A DNA stretch of 64,000 nt, from positions 15,107 to 79,106 of the forward strand of contig JAPDKE010000034.1 of the NCBI GenBank assembly GCA_029258725.1, written 5' to 3'. Of this stretch, positions 18,682 through 28,775 are shown piece by piece. The position numbers and the translations under genes were made by a program. The stretch is from a bacterium (GTDB lineage: Bacteria; Hydrothermota; UBA3072; JAPDKE01). Below the pieces are notes generated by a model. That model made no database searches and was not told the DNA's origin. It saw only the letters and a list, made by a program, of their open reading frames with translations. The first letter of the stretch is position 1. Each line of letters begins with the position of its first letter.

Positions 18682-19898
18682 TCCTTCCTCCCGAGAGGGC
18701 TTATTTTTCTCAACCTTTCGACAACCTCTTTAAGCCTTGAAACTGCCTCATCTATCTCTTTTTCGGTTGTGAACCTTGATATTCCAAATCTTAAAGAGCC
18801 ATGGGCATCTTCATATGGAACACCCATTGCCCTTAAAACATAACTTGCCTCAAGTTTCCTGGAAAAGCATGCGGAACCCGTTGTAACAGAAACACCCAAA
18901 AGGTCAAGCTGAATCACAACTGCCTCTCCTTCCACGTATCTTATTGTGACATTGAGATTTGCAGGATGTCTCTCCTCGGGTCCATTGAGTTTGATATCCT
19001 CTATCTCTTCTTTCAATCTCTTCCATAAATAGTCTCTTAGATATTTAACCCTCTCTCTTTCCTCATCATCCATGAGTTCAAGAGCCTTTGCAAATCCTAT
19101 GATTCCGGGAATGTTGGGTATTCCTCCTCTCAACCCATACTCGTGAAATGTTCCATCTATTAGTGGCTTTATCTTTATCCCATCCCTTATCCATAATGCT
19201 CCCGTTCCCTTTGGTCCATGAACCTTGTGGGCTGTGAGGGTAACCATGTCTGCTTTCCAGTTTTCAACTGAGAAGGGAATCCATCCTGTTGAATATGCTG
19301 CATCAACGTGGAAGGCAATCCCTTTCTCTTTCACGATTTTCCCTATTTCCTCAATCGGCTGTATCACACCAACTTCAGGATTTGAGTGCTGTAGGGTAAC
19401 AAGTATTGTGTCTTCTCTTATGTTTTTCTTCACATCATCCGGATCAACGTATCCTTCAGGGGAAACAGGAAGGTATGTTACCTCAAATCCCTCTTTTTCA
19501 AGGGTATAAAGTGTATGCCTCACGGACTGATGCTCTATGGAGGAACTTATTATGTGCATCCCCTTATCCCAGTTTTCTCGTGCAAATCCCTTTATTGCCA
19601 GGTTGTTTGCCTCTGTTCCTCCTGATGTAAAAATAAGTTTCCCTTCCTTTCCATCTATATATCCCTTTATAAACTCCCTTCTCTTCTCTATCTCCTCCTC
19701 AATGGCTTTCCCGTGAGAATGGGAAAATTGAGAAGAGGGGACCGCATACTTTTCAGTGAAATAGGGAAGCATCTCTTCCAGAACCTGAGGGTCCGTGCGG
19801 GTTGTGAGTGTTCCGTCAAGATATATTCTACTCACTGTATTCCAAACCTCTTTTTTACCTCCGGGGATACCATGGAGGGATTCCATGGGGGGTCCCAC
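18678..19898 (-). CDS. nifS: Cysteine desulfurase NifS/IscS
   Basis: PLP-lysine region TLTAHKVHGPKGTGALWIRDG, catalytic SACFS near the C-terminus, 406 aa in the track. The real start is probably GTG at about 19827 (protein then starts SRIYLDG), which removes the overlap with the DUF59 gene. Confidence 0.9.
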   Translation of the reverse strand: MGPPMESLHGIPGGKKEVWNTVSRIYLDGTLTTRTDPQVLEEMLPYFTEKYAVPSSQFSHSHGKAIEEEIEKRREFIKGYIDGKEGKLIFTSGGTEANNLAIKGFARENWDKGMHIISSSIEHQSVRHTLYTLEKEGFEVTYLPVSPEGYVDPDDVKKNIREDTILVTLQHSNPEVGVIQPIEEIGKIVKEKGIAFHVDAAYSTGWIPFSVENWKADMVTLTAHKVHGPKGTGALWIRDGIKIKPLIDGTFHEYGLRGGIPNIPGIIGFAKALELMDDEERERVKYLRDYLWKRLKEEIEDIKLNGPEERHPANLNVTIRYVEGEAVVIQLDLLGVSVTTGSACFSRKLEASYVLRAMGVPYEDAHGSLRFGISRFTTEKEIDEAVSRLKEVVERLRKISPLGRKE

Positions 19899-20131
19899 AC
19901 GAGTTCAACCTCAACCTTTTTTACCCCCTCTATCTTTTCCACCCTCTCCTTAACCTGCTGGGTTAAGAAATGGGCGAGGGGACATCCTTTCACCGTGAGT
20001 GTCATCCTTATCTTCACCTCCTCCGGAGAGGGACACTCAATCCCGTATATAAGCCCCAGGTCCACCACATTGATACCGAGTTCAGGGTCAACAACCTCCT
20101 TCAGTGCCTCTCTTATTTTTTCCTCCATCAT
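19832..20131 (-). CDS. DUF59 (MIP18/SufT-like) Fe-S assembly protein
   Basis: 99-aa ORF with VVDPELGINVVDLGLIY ... TVKGCPL. It sits directly between the tRNA-Leu and nifS. Confidence 0.8.
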   Translation of the reverse strand: MMEEKIREALKEVVDPELGINVVDLGLIYGIECPSPEEVKIRMTLTVKGCPLAHFLTQQVKERVEKIEGVKKVEVELVWDPPWNPSMVSPEVKKRFGIQ

Positions 20132-20141
20132 TCCTCCAGGA

Positions 20142-20227
20142 ATGCCGGAGGCCGGACTCGAACCGGCACGGGGATTATTCCCCAGCGGATTTTAAGTCCG
20201 CTGCGTCTACCAGTTCCGCCACTCCGG
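20142..20227 (-). tRNA. tRNA-Leu (anticodon UAA), 86 nt, no encoded CCA
   Basis: Hand-folded from the reverse complement. The acceptor stem is GCCGGAG/CTCCGGC with discriminator A. The anticodon arm is GCGGA-CTTAAAA-TCCGC. A long variable arm is GGGGAATAATCCCC. The T-arm is GCCGG-TTCGAGT-CCGGC. Confidence 0.85.
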
Positions 20228-20266
20228 CACCGTTTAAATTTTACGAAGTTTTTATCCATTTTCAAG

Positions 20267-22453
20267 TTATTTTAAGAAAAGCCTTACGAGGGTGAACTTC
20301 ACAACAAATCCTGCGAAAACGATGGATACCATGGACATGAGTTTTATGAGAATATTCAAGGATGGACCTGCTGTATCCTTGAGAGGGTCACCAACCGTAT
20401 CACCGGTAACCCCTGCCTTGTGCGCATCGCTTCCCTTCCCCCCATAGTTTCCCTTCTCTATATATTTTTTTGCATTATCCCATGCACCACCGGCGTTTGC
20501 CATGAATATTGCAACTGCAAAACCGGAGGTCAGAACCCCTGCAAGCAGTCCCATAACTCCATTTGGTCCTGCAAGATATCCAACGATGATGGGAGTGAGC
20601 AATGCGGTCATTGCCGGAAGAATCATCTCGCGCTGTGCAGCCCTTGTGCATATGTAAACTGCCCTTCCATACTCCGGTTTTGCCTTCCCCTCAAGCAATC
20701 CCTTTATCTCCTTAAACTGCCTTCTCACCTCCATCACAATCTCACCCGCAGCCCTGCTCACAGCCCTTATTGCAAGTGCACTGAAGGCAAAGGGAAGCAT
20801 CGCACCTATGAATATTCCTGCGAGGGTGAAGGGGTCGGTCAGGACAGGTTTTATAAATTCCCTGAGATGGGAAAGCCCCATCCTCTCTGCCCAGAGCAGG
20901 ATGTCGTGATAGTACGCTGCGATGAGTGCGAGTGCTGTGAGTGCGGCAGAGCCAATTGCAAATCCCTTTCCTGTTGCTGCGGTTGTGTTTCCGAGAGCGT
21001 CAAGTGCATCGGTTCTTTCCCTTACACAGTCAGGCAGACCTGCCATCTGTGCGTTTCCACCTGCATTGTCAGCAACAGGCCCATAGGCATCGGTTGCAAG
21101 GGTTATTCCCAGGGTTGAAAGCATTCCAACGGCTGCAAGTCCAACACCATAGAGTCCCATGCTGAAGTTATGAATTCCTCCTGAAACCACGAAACTTGCA
21201 ATGGTCGCCAGAACAACCGTGATAACCGGAATTGTGGTTGAAAGCATTCCCACACTCAACCCCTCAAGGATGTTGGTTGCATATCCGGTTGTGGATGCCT
21301 GTGCTATCCTTCGGGTTGGAGGATATGTATCAGAGGTGAAGTATTCTGTGGAGAGACCTATTATGAGCCCTGCTCCAAGTCCTATCACCATTGCCCAGAA
21401 TATGTTGAAGTGCTCGGGTAACATGTATTTCATAACGAAAAAGTTTGCAATCACGATGATGATACTGCTTCCCCATATTCCCCTTCTCAGTGCCATGAGC
21501 AGTGCATGCTGGGATACCTCTTCCCTTGTCTTTACAAGAAATATCCCTATTATGGATGCAATTACACCAATTCCTGCAAGAACCATGGGAACGAGAACTC
21601 CTTTTATTCCAAGCCTTGCGGATGCGGCAAGGGACATGGTTGCAACGATGGAATCAACATAGGATTCATACAGGTCGGCACCCATTCCCGCCACATCTCC
21701 CACATTATCTCCAACATTATCCGCAATGGTTGCAGGGTTTCTGGGGTCATCCTCAGGTATGTTTGCCTCTATTTTTCCAACAAGGTCTGCACCAACATCC
21801 GCAGCCTTTGTGAATATTCCTCCTCCAACCCTTGCAAACAGTGCCTGCGCAGATGCACCCATTCCGAAGGAGAGCATGGTGAAGGTTATTGCCTCAAGCA
21901 GTTTATCTCCCGTCATTCCCTGCTTTATCCGGTAAAACCAGTCAAGAATCCTGAACCATATGCTCAAATCCAGGAGTCCAAGTCCAACAACCGTAAGCCC
22001 CATCACCGCCCCTGCTGAGAACGCAATCTTCAATGCTTTATTGAGACTTTCCCTTGCAGCATTTGCAGTCCTTGCACTTGTTCTCGTTGCTATGGTCATT
22101 CCTATGAATCCTGAAAGACCGGAGAAGAAACCTCCGGTGAGGAATGCAAATGGAACAAATATAGGCTGCAATCCCGATACGGCAAGGATGAGGAGAAGAA
22201 TAAAGGCAACCACAAAGAAGATGGCAACGACCGAATACTGCCTTTTGAGATACGCCCTTGCACCTTCCCTCACTGCCTCTGCTATCTCTATCATTTTTTC
22301 AGTGCCCTCACTTTCCCTGAGGGCTCTTTTTGCAAGATAAAAAGCAAATAAAAGGGCAAGCATGGAACCTGCCGGAGCGAACCAGTAAAATCCGCTCATT
22401 TTCACCTCCTGGGATTTTTTTGGATATTTAACAGATTTGTAAGGGAAAATCAA
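20267..22453 (-). CDS. hppA: Membrane-bound H+(or Na+)-translocating pyrophosphatase
   Basis: 728 aa, polytopic. Signature GDTVGDPLKDTAGPSLN and the DNVGDNVGD motifs. Confidence 0.95.
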   Translation of the reverse strand: MIFPYKSVKYPKKSQEVKMSGFYWFAPAGSMLALLFAFYLAKRALRESEGTEKMIEIAEAVREGARAYLKRQYSVVAIFFVVAFILLLILAVSGLQPIFVPFAFLTGGFFSGLSGFIGMTIATRTSARTANAARESLNKALKIAFSAGAVMGLTVVGLGLLDLSIWFRILDWFYRIKQGMTGDKLLEAITFTMLSFGMGASAQALFARVGGGIFTKAADVGADLVGKIEANIPEDDPRNPATIADNVGDNVGDVAGMGADLYESYVDSIVATMSLAASARLGIKGVLVPMVLAGIGVIASIIGIFLVKTREEVSQHALLMALRRGIWGSSIIIVIANFFVMKYMLPEHFNIFWAMVIGLGAGLIIGLSTEYFTSDTYPPTRRIAQASTTGYATNILEGLSVGMLSTTIPVITVVLATIASFVVSGGIHNFSMGLYGVGLAAVGMLSTLGITLATDAYGPVADNAGGNAQMAGLPDCVRERTDALDALGNTTAATGKGFAIGSAALTALALIAAYYHDILLWAERMGLSHLREFIKPVLTDPFTLAGIFIGAMLPFAFSALAIRAVSRAAGEIVMEVRRQFKEIKGLLEGKAKPEYGRAVYICTRAAQREMILPAMTALLTPIIVGYLAGPNGVMGLLAGVLTSGFAVAIFMANAGGAWDNAKKYIEKGNYGGKGSDAHKAGVTGDTVGDPLKDTAGPSLNILIKLMSMVSIVFAGFVVKFTLVRLFLK

Positions 22454-22505
22454 GTATTTTTTGGAAAAATAACTCGTATCCCCCTGAAAAAATCGTCTGT
22501 TCTGG

Positions 22506-22534
22506 TTGACAACCGCTGAAAAATCTGTTAATAA
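22506..22534 (+). promoter_or_regulatory. Sigma70-like promoter (TTGACA-17-TAATAA) upstream of the zinc-ribbon ORF/proS
   Basis: ttgacaaccgctgaaaaatctgtTAATAA. It is followed by AGGAGG (22547-22552) and a GTG start at 22558 (or 22552). Confidence 0.45.
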
Positions 22535-22551
22535 AATCAGTAAGAAAGGAG

Positions 22552-22755
22552 GTGGATGTGGAGATTAGGTTTCCTCAGTGCCTTAAGTGCGGGAAAGGCG
22601 TTCTCGTCCCCCTCTCCGATTACGGGAGGGATGGGGCATCCATAATGTATAAAGCATGGGTTTGCACAAATCCCGAGTGCGGGTTTCATCTCAGGATAGA
22701 TAATGGAGACGTAAGTTTTGGAACAAGGATAGGGGAGAGCCCGAAGCAGCGCTAA
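22552..22755 (+). CDS. Small zinc-ribbon protein (Cx2C...Cx3C)
   Basis: 67 aa with CLKCG...CTNPEC. It has its own promoter and a strong RBS, and lies 20 nt upstream of proS. Confidence 0.5.
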   Translation: MDVEIRFPQCLKCGKGVLVPLSDYGRDGASIMYKAWVCTNPECGFHLRIDNGDVSFGTRIGESPKQR

Positions 22756-22776
22756 AACTCCCCGGAAAGGAGAGAG

Positions 22777-24468
22777 ATGAGGTGGAGTGAGGCTTTCATC
22801 CCCACTCTGAGGGAGGCCCCAAAAGATGCGGTTACGGTAAGTCATCGCCTTCTTTTGAGGGGTGGTTTCATAAAATCCCTCGCAAGTGGTATTCATACAT
22901 ACCTCCCCCTCGGATGGCGGGTTTTGAAGAAGGTTATGAGGATTATAAGGGAAGAGATGGACAGAATTGGGGGTCAGGAACTCCACATGCCCGCCCTGAC
23001 CCCTGCTGAACTCTGGGAGGAGACCGGAAGGTGGGAGGAATACGGGGACGAGATGTTCAGGGTAAAGGACAGAAAGAAGCGCGATTATGCCCTTGCCCCA
23101 ACCCATGAGGAGATAATAACAGAACTTGCAAGAAAGGAAATAAGGTCCTACCGTGACCTTCCCCAGATTTGGTATCAGATACAGATGAAGTTCAGGGATG
23201 AGCTGAGACCCAGGGGTGGGGTTTTGAGGGCAAGAAGTTTTTTGATGAAGGATTCCTACTCCCTTGACAGGGACTGGGATGGACTTGCAAGGAGTTATGA
23301 ACTGCACTATGAGGCATATACAAGAATTTTTGAGAGATGCAAACTTCCAGCAGTTGTTGTTGAGGCATCTGCTGGAATAATGGGAGGTTCTGAATCACAC
23401 GAATTCATGGTTCTTTCGGAGAGTGGGGAGGATTCCCTTGTTATATGTTCATGTGGATACAGTGCAAATACAGAGGTTGGAGAGGCGGATCCGGTCCCGG
23501 TTGAATTCAAGGATGGGGAACTGAAAAAGGTGCATACCCCGGTTGAGGGAACGGTTGAAAAGATAACCGAATTTCTGGGAATACCCGCATATCACCTCAT
23601 GAAGTCTCTCATGTATGTTCATGAAGGAAAACCGATATTTGTGGTGATAAGAGGGGATTATGATATTGATGAGAGGAAGCTTGTGAGTATATTTCCAGGA
23701 ATAAGACCTGCACATCCTGAGGAGATAAAGGAATGGACAGGTGCTCCTGCTGGATACATAAGCCCTGTTGGACTGAACATTCCGGTTTACGCTGATTTGA
23801 GCCTCAAAGGAGGGAAGGGGTTGACCTCAGGGGCAAACGAGGAGTTTTATCATTTAACAGGAATAAGCCTTGAAAGGGATGTTAAGGTTAAGGAATGGGT
23901 GGATGTGAGACTCGTAAAAACAGGAGACAGGTGCAGGAGGTGCGGAAAGGAAGTTGAGGTCAGGCGTGCAATAGAACTTGGTCACATATTCAAACTCGGA
24001 ACAAAGTATTCAGAGGCGATGCGTGCAACATTTCTGGACAGGGATGGGAAGGAAAAACCCATAGTCATGGGAAGTTATGGTATAGGGGTGGAGAGAATAA
24101 TGGCAACCGCAATAGAGGTTTACCACGATGAGAATGGAATAATATGGCCCATAAGCATAGCACCATACGAGGTTATACTCCTTTCACTCAATCCATCAAA
24201 TCCTGAGGTAAGAGAGACTGCGGAGCGCATATACAGAGAACTTGGAAATGTTGAAATCCTTTACGACGACCGGGACGAACAGCCTGGAGTGAAGTTCAAG
24301 GATGCGGACCTTATCGGAATACCCGTAAGGGTTGTTGTGGGGGAGAGGGGATTGAAGCGGGGGGTTGTAGAGGTGAAGAAGAGGAAGGAAAAAGAGAGTG
24401 TTGAGGTGGAACCGGGAAAGGTAAAGGAAGTGGTAATGAAAATGAGAGAGGAACTTTATGGATATTGA
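22777..24468 (+). CDS. proS: Proline--tRNA ligase (bacterial type with editing domain)
   Basis: 563 aa. N-terminus MRWSEAFIPTLREAPKDA...SHRLLLRGGFI and class II motifs. Confidence 0.95.
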   Translation: MRWSEAFIPTLREAPKDAVTVSHRLLLRGGFIKSLASGIHTYLPLGWRVLKKVMRIIREEMDRIGGQELHMPALTPAELWEETGRWEEYGDEMFRVKDRKKRDYALAPTHEEIITELARKEIRSYRDLPQIWYQIQMKFRDELRPRGGVLRARSFLMKDSYSLDRDWDGLARSYELHYEAYTRIFERCKLPAVVVEASAGIMGGSESHEFMVLSESGEDSLVICSCGYSANTEVGEADPVPVEFKDGELKKVHTPVEGTVEKITEFLGIPAYHLMKSLMYVHEGKPIFVVIRGDYDIDERKLVSIFPGIRPAHPEEIKEWTGAPAGYISPVGLNIPVYADLSLKGGKGLTSGANEEFYHLTGISLERDVKVKEWVDVRLVKTGDRCRRCGKEVEVRRAIELGHIFKLGTKYSEAMRATFLDRDGKEKPIVMGSYGIGVERIMATAIEVYHDENGIIWPISIAPYEVILLSLNPSNPEVRETAERIYRELGNVEILYDDRDEQPGVKFKDADLIGIPVRVVVGERGLKRGVVEVKKRKEKESVEVEPGKVKEVVMKMREELYGY

Positions 24469-24757
24469 CACTGAGAGAAAAGTGTTTACAATTATAAAAA
24501 GGGTTCTTGATATGGAGGAGTTTTCCTCCGAGGGAATAGAACTTATAGACTTTGAAATAAAGGGAACAGGCTCAAAGACACAGGTAAGGGTTTTCATAGA
24601 CAAACCAGGAGGTGTAACGATAAAGGATTGTGTAAGGGTTTCACAGGTGCTTTCGGTCGAACTTGATGTTGAGGACCCCATTCCTCACTCTTACACACTT
24701 GAGGTATCCTCACCGGGCGGGAGAAAGAAAAGAAACTGGGAGGAAGAATGGGAGTAA
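24458..24757 (+). CDS. rimP: Ribosome maturation factor RimP, N-terminal domain only (C-terminal Sm-like domain absent)
   Basis: 99 aa ending just after the conserved TLEVSSPG motif. The nusA start follows immediately. Confidence 0.7.
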   Translation: MDIDTERKVFTIIKRVLDMEEFSSEGIELIDFEIKGTGSKTQVRVFIDKPGGVTIKDCVRVSQVLSVELDVEDPIPHSYTLEVSSPGGRKKRNWEEEWE

Positions 24758-26007
24758 ATCTTCAGGTTGTTGAAATGCTATCAGAGATAGCAAGCCAGAG
24801 AAGGCTTGATAAAAAGTTTGTTGTGGAGAGTGTAAGGGAGTCCTTCTTGAAGGCGATTGATAGATATTTTGGGGGAAAAGGGGAGTTTGAGGTTGAAATA
24901 TCCGAGGCATCGGGTGAGGTGAAGATATACCGGAGGATGAAGGTTGTTAAGGAAGTTAAGGATGAGACTACGGAAATAACTCTGGAAGAGGCAAAAGCAC
25001 ACTCCGCCACCGCAGAGATTGGAGGAGAAGTCCTGGTTGAGATTCCCCTTGAGTCTCTTGGAAGGGGATTCATAAGAATGGTCAAGCAGAACCTCCTTCA
25101 GCGCATGAAGGAGGCGGAGAAGGATATTGTTTATGAGGAATACCGGGAAAAGATAGGAAGAACCGAGATGGGACATGTTGCAAGGGTTGACAGAAAAGGG
25201 GTTTACGTCCACCTTGACAGGGCAGCAGAGGGATTCATGCCCAGAGAGGAGCAGATTCCCAGTGAGTTTTACCGTCAGGGAATGCAGATAAAGGCGCTAA
25301 TAATAGACGTTGAGAGGAAACCAAAGGGACCTGTTGTATATCTTTCAAGAACCCATCCTGACTTTTTAAGAAGGCTGCTTGAGTTTGAGATACCCGAAAT
25401 AAGGGAAGGAATTGTGGAGATAAAGGGTGTTGTGAGGGACCCCGGAAAAAGGGCAAAGGTTGCGGTTTATTCCAAGGATCCAAAGATAGACCCGGTTGGT
25501 GCATGTGTGGGGATGAGAGGTTCAAGGATTCAGGCAATTGTAAGGGAACTCAATGGTGAGCGAATAGATATTATAGCCTGGTCTGAGAATCCCGAGGTAT
25601 TTATAGCAAGGGCACTTGCCCCTGCAAAGGTTTTGAGAGTTATTATAGTGGATAGAGAGAACAAAGAGGCAAGATGCCTTGTCCAGGATGAACAGCTATC
25701 CCTTGCGATAGGGAAAGAGGGGCAGAATGTTACACTTGCTGCAAGGCTCACAGGATGGAAGATAGATGTGAAGGCACAGAGTGCATATCACAAGGAGGTT
25801 GAAGAGGAGAAGCGCAGCAAACTCACGGTTGACCAGCTTCCAGTATCAGACAGAATAAAGAAGATACTCAGGGAAGCAGGTTATCCAACTGCGAAGGAGA
25901 TAATGGCTGCATCCAAGGAAGAACTCATGAAACTTCCAGGGCTTGGGGATAAGACCGTGGACAAGATATACAGGGCAATATACGAACTTCTGAATGTTGG
26001 AGGATAG
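24748..26007 (+). CDS. nusA: Transcription termination/antitermination factor NusA
   Basis: S1 plus two KH domains, ending in an HhH region, 419 aa. The true start may be the ATG at 24775 (MLSEIASQ). Confidence 0.95.
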   Translation: MGVNLQVVEMLSEIASQRRLDKKFVVESVRESFLKAIDRYFGGKGEFEVEISEASGEVKIYRRMKVVKEVKDETTEITLEEAKAHSATAEIGGEVLVEIPLESLGRGFIRMVKQNLLQRMKEAEKDIVYEEYREKIGRTEMGHVARVDRKGVYVHLDRAAEGFMPREEQIPSEFYRQGMQIKALIIDVERKPKGPVVYLSRTHPDFLRRLLEFEIPEIREGIVEIKGVVRDPGKRAKVAVYSKDPKIDPVGACVGMRGSRIQAIVRELNGERIDIIAWSENPEVFIARALAPAKVLRVIIVDRENKEARCLVQDEQLSLAIGKEGQNVTLAARLTGWKIDVKAQSAYHKEVEEEKRSKLTVDQLPVSDRIKKILREAGYPTAKEIMAASKEELMKLPGLGDKTVDKIYRAIYELLNVGG

Positions 26008-28150
26008 TTTGGGTAAGAAGAGGGTTTACACCCTTGCAAAGGAACTCGGGCTCTCCTCCAGGGAACTGGTGGAGATAATAAGAAATATGGGAATAGAAAT
26101 AAAGAGTCATTCAAGCACGGTTACAGAGGAAGAGGAGGAGAGGATAAGGAGGTTTGTAAAAGGGGAAGAAAAGAAAAAGAAGGAAGAGGTAGAAAAGGTG
26201 GAGGAAAAAGAGGAAAGGAAGGAGGTAAGGGAAGAGAGACCTGTTGCGGTTACCATAAAGGAAAAGAGAAGAAGACCGAAGAGACCACAGGTTGACAGAC
26301 AGGAGGTGGAAAAAAAATTAAAGGAAACACTTGCAAAACTTGAAAGGGGTGAGAGGCTTCCAAAGAGGAGAAAGAAGAAAAAGAGAGAGGTGGAGGAGGA
26401 AGAGGAAGAAAATGTGGTGAAGGTGACAGAGTTTATTTCTGTTGCGGAGTTTGCAAAACTCATTCAGGTTGACCCAACCGAGATAATAGCAAAGTGCCTT
26501 GAGATAGGTCTTCCTGTAACAATAAACCAGAGGCTCGATTTTGATACTATTTCCATGATTGCGGAGGAGTTTGGTTATAAGGCAGTCCTTCACGAGGAGT
26601 ACGAGATTGAAGAGATTGAGGAAGAAAGTGAGTATGGAGAGGAGAGGGAAAGACCTCCTGTTGTTACCGTAATGGGGCATGTGGACCATGGAAAGACCTC
26701 TCTACTTGACCGTATAAGGCAGACAAACGTTGTGGCTACTGAAAAAGGAGGAATCACCCAGCGCATAGGTGCATATCATGCTGAGTATGATGGTAAAAAA
26801 ATAACCTTCATAGACACTCCAGGACACCATGCATTTACTGCAATGAGGGCAAGGGGGGCACAGGTTACGGATATAGTCATTCTTGTGGTTGCAGCAGATG
26901 ATGGTGTGATGCCCCAGACCATTGAGGCTCTTAACCATGCAAAGGCAGCTGGAGTCCCCATAATAGTTGCAATAAACAAAATAGACCTTCCTCAGGCAAA
27001 TCCAATGATGGTGAAACAGCAGCTTGCAGAACACGGGATTCTCGTGCAGGAATTTGGAGGGGATGTTCTGTGTGTTGAGGTATCTGCAAAAACAGGGCAG
27101 GGAATAGATGAACTGCTTGAGGCAATTCTTTTGCTTGCAGAGGAGCTCAAACTCACCGCTCCTTTTGAGGGACCGGCGACGGGTGTTGTTCTTGAGGTGA
27201 AGAAGGAGAAGGGAAGGGGAAACGTGGTTACGGTGCTTATTGAGAAAGGAAAACTTAAAATAGGAGACGCATTTGTTGCAGGAATTGCACATGGAAGAGT
27301 CAGGGCGATGTTTGATGAGTGGAGAAGGAAAATGAATGAGGCAACCCCTTCAACCGCAGTTGAAATTCTTGGATTTGATGAGTTGCCCGAGGTTGGAGAC
27401 AGGTTTGTTGTGGTTGAGGATGAGAGGAAGGCAAGGGAAATAGCAAATAAAAGAAGGGCGGTAAAGCGTGAACAGGAGAGAAGAAGGCCGGTATTTGGTC
27501 TTGAACTCTTCCAGGAGGAATTGAAGAAGGGGGAGGTTAAAGAACTCAAACTTATTGTTAAGGGAGATGAAGCAGGACCTGTTGAGGCACTTGCCGATGC
27601 AATACAGGACCTTTCCACAGAAGAAGTCAAGGTGAATGTTATTCACAGAGGGGTTGGAGAGGTTTCTGAATCCGATATTCTTCTTGCATCTGCCTCCAAG
27701 GCAATTGTTGTTGCGTATCATGTTGGTGCTCCACCCCAGGTCAGGGAACTTGCAAAGAGGGAGGGGGTGGAGATAAGGACCTATCATATAATATACGATG
27801 CACTGAATGATATAAGAAGTGCAATGGCAGGATTGCTTGAGCCCATAGAGGTTGAGGAGGAGATAGGGGAGGTGGAGATAAGGCAGCTATTTAAGGTTCC
27901 AAAGGTTGGAATTGTTTTTGGATGTTATGTGAGGCAGGGGAGGATAGTGAGAGGAAACCCTGTGAGGGTTTACAGGGGAGAGGAGCTTATAAAGGAAACG
28001 AAGGTGAGTTCTTTAAAGAGGTTCAAGGAGGATGTGAAGGAGGTTGAAGAAGGGTATGAGTGTGGTGTTGGGCTTGAGGACCCGAAGGGAATAAAAGAGG
28101 GAGATATAATAAGGGTTTATGAAATAATCAAAAAAGCGAGGGAGTTATGA
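25994..28150 (+). CDS. infB: Translation initiation factor IF-2
   Basis: K/E-rich N-region, GTPase motifs ([18 protein letters not shown]) and conserved C-domains, 718 aa. Confidence 0.95.
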   Translation: MLEDSLGKKRVYTLAKELGLSSRELVEIIRNMGIEIKSHSSTVTEEEEERIRRFVKGEEKKKKEEVEKVEEKEERKEVREERPVAVTIKEKRRRPKRPQVDRQEVEKKLKETLAKLERGERLPKRRKKKKREVEEEEEENVVKVTEFISVAEFAKLIQVDPTEIIAKCLEIGLPVTINQRLDFDTISMIAEEFGYKAVLHEEYEIEEIEEESEYGEERERPPVVTVMGHVDHGKTSLLDRIRQTNVVATEKGGITQRIGAYHAEYDGKKITFIDTPGHHAFTAMRARGAQVTDIVILVVAADDGVMPQTIEALNHAKAAGVPIIVAINKIDLPQANPMMVKQQLAEHGILVQEFGGDVLCVEVSAKTGQGIDELLEAILLLAEELKLTAPFEGPATGVVLEVKKEKGRGNVVTVLIEKGKLKIGDAFVAGIAHGRVRAMFDEWRRKMNEATPSTAVEILGFDELPEVGDRFVVVEDERKAREIANKRRAVKREQERRRPVFGLELFQEELKKGEVKELKLIVKGDEAGPVEALADAIQDLSTEEVKVNVIHRGVGEVSESDILLASASKAIVVAYHVGAPPQVRELAKREGVEIRTYHIIYDALNDIRSAMAGLLEPIEVEEEIGEVEIRQLFKVPKVGIVFGCYVRQGRIVRGNPVRVYRGEELIKETKVSSLKRFKEDVKEVEEGYECGVGLEDPKGIKEGDIIRVYEIIKKAREL

Positions 28151-28428
28151 TAGTGGGGGTTGGGGAAATAGACATACACATTCCGGGAATAAGGTCTTTA
28201 AAAGAAAAAAGAAGGATAATAAATGAGATAAAAAACAGGATAAAAAACAGATTTAACGTCTCCATAAGCGAGGTTGATTACCATGACCTGTGGCAGCGTG
28301 CCTTGCTTGGAATTGCTGCCGTTGCAACCGATGGGAAGGGGGTGGATGTGGTGATGAGGAGTGTTCTTTCGGAAATAGAAAGAGACATGAGGATACAGGT
28401 GCTTGATTACAGGTTTGAGGTGAGGTGA
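28147..28428 (+). CDS. DUF503 family protein (YlxP-like), canonical infB-rbfA spacer gene
   Basis: 93 aa, [23 protein letters not shown]. Confidence 0.8.
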   Translation: MIVGVGEIDIHIPGIRSLKEKRRIINEIKNRIKNRFNVSISEVDYHDLWQRALLGIAAVATDGKGVDVVMRSVLSEIERDMRIQVLDYRFEVR

Positions 28429-28775
28429 TGACCCACAGAAAAGAGAGGGTCTCCTCCCTTATCCTGAGGGAGGTTTCAGAGATAATAGAAAGAGACCTCC
28501 AGGACCCAAGGCTTGGATTTGTTACAGTAACCGGGGTTAAAATAACCTCTGATTTGAGGCATGCAACCATATTTATCACCGTTCATGGAACAGAGGAGGA
28601 AAGAAAGGAAACCCTTGCTGTTTTAAATTCCGCAAGAGGATACATAAGAAGGGAATTTGGAAGGAGGGTCAGGTTGAAATATACCCCGGAGATAGATTTT
28701 GAGTATGATAATACATTCGAAGAAATGGAAAGGATAAACAAACTTTTTGAGTCCCTGGAGGAGAATGGTGGATGA
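28425..28775 (+). CDS. rbfA: Ribosome-binding factor A
   Basis: 116 aa, KH-like RbfA signature (RVSSLILREVSEII...GFVTVTGVKITSDLRHATIF). Confidence 0.9.
   Translation: MMTHRKERVSSLILREVSEIIERDLQDPRLGFVTVTGVKITSDLRHATIFITVHGTEEERKETLAVLNSARGYIRREFGRRVRLKYTPEIDFEYDNTFEEMERINKLFESLEENGG

Noticed and set aside
20420-22340. Multiple 70-230-aa ORFs on the plus strand (20420..21118, 21201..21662, 21506..22018, 21960..22340)
   Set aside because: They are antisense to the unmistakable hppA pyrophosphatase gene and have Cys/His-rich or low-complexity translations with no RBS. They are frame shadows.
26107-27787. Ser/Phe-rich ORFs on the minus strand (26107..26463, 26702..27292, 26992..27630)
   Set aside because: They are antisense to infB. 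The low-complexity Ser-rich translation mirrors the Glu/Lys-rich codons of IF-2 and they are not genes.
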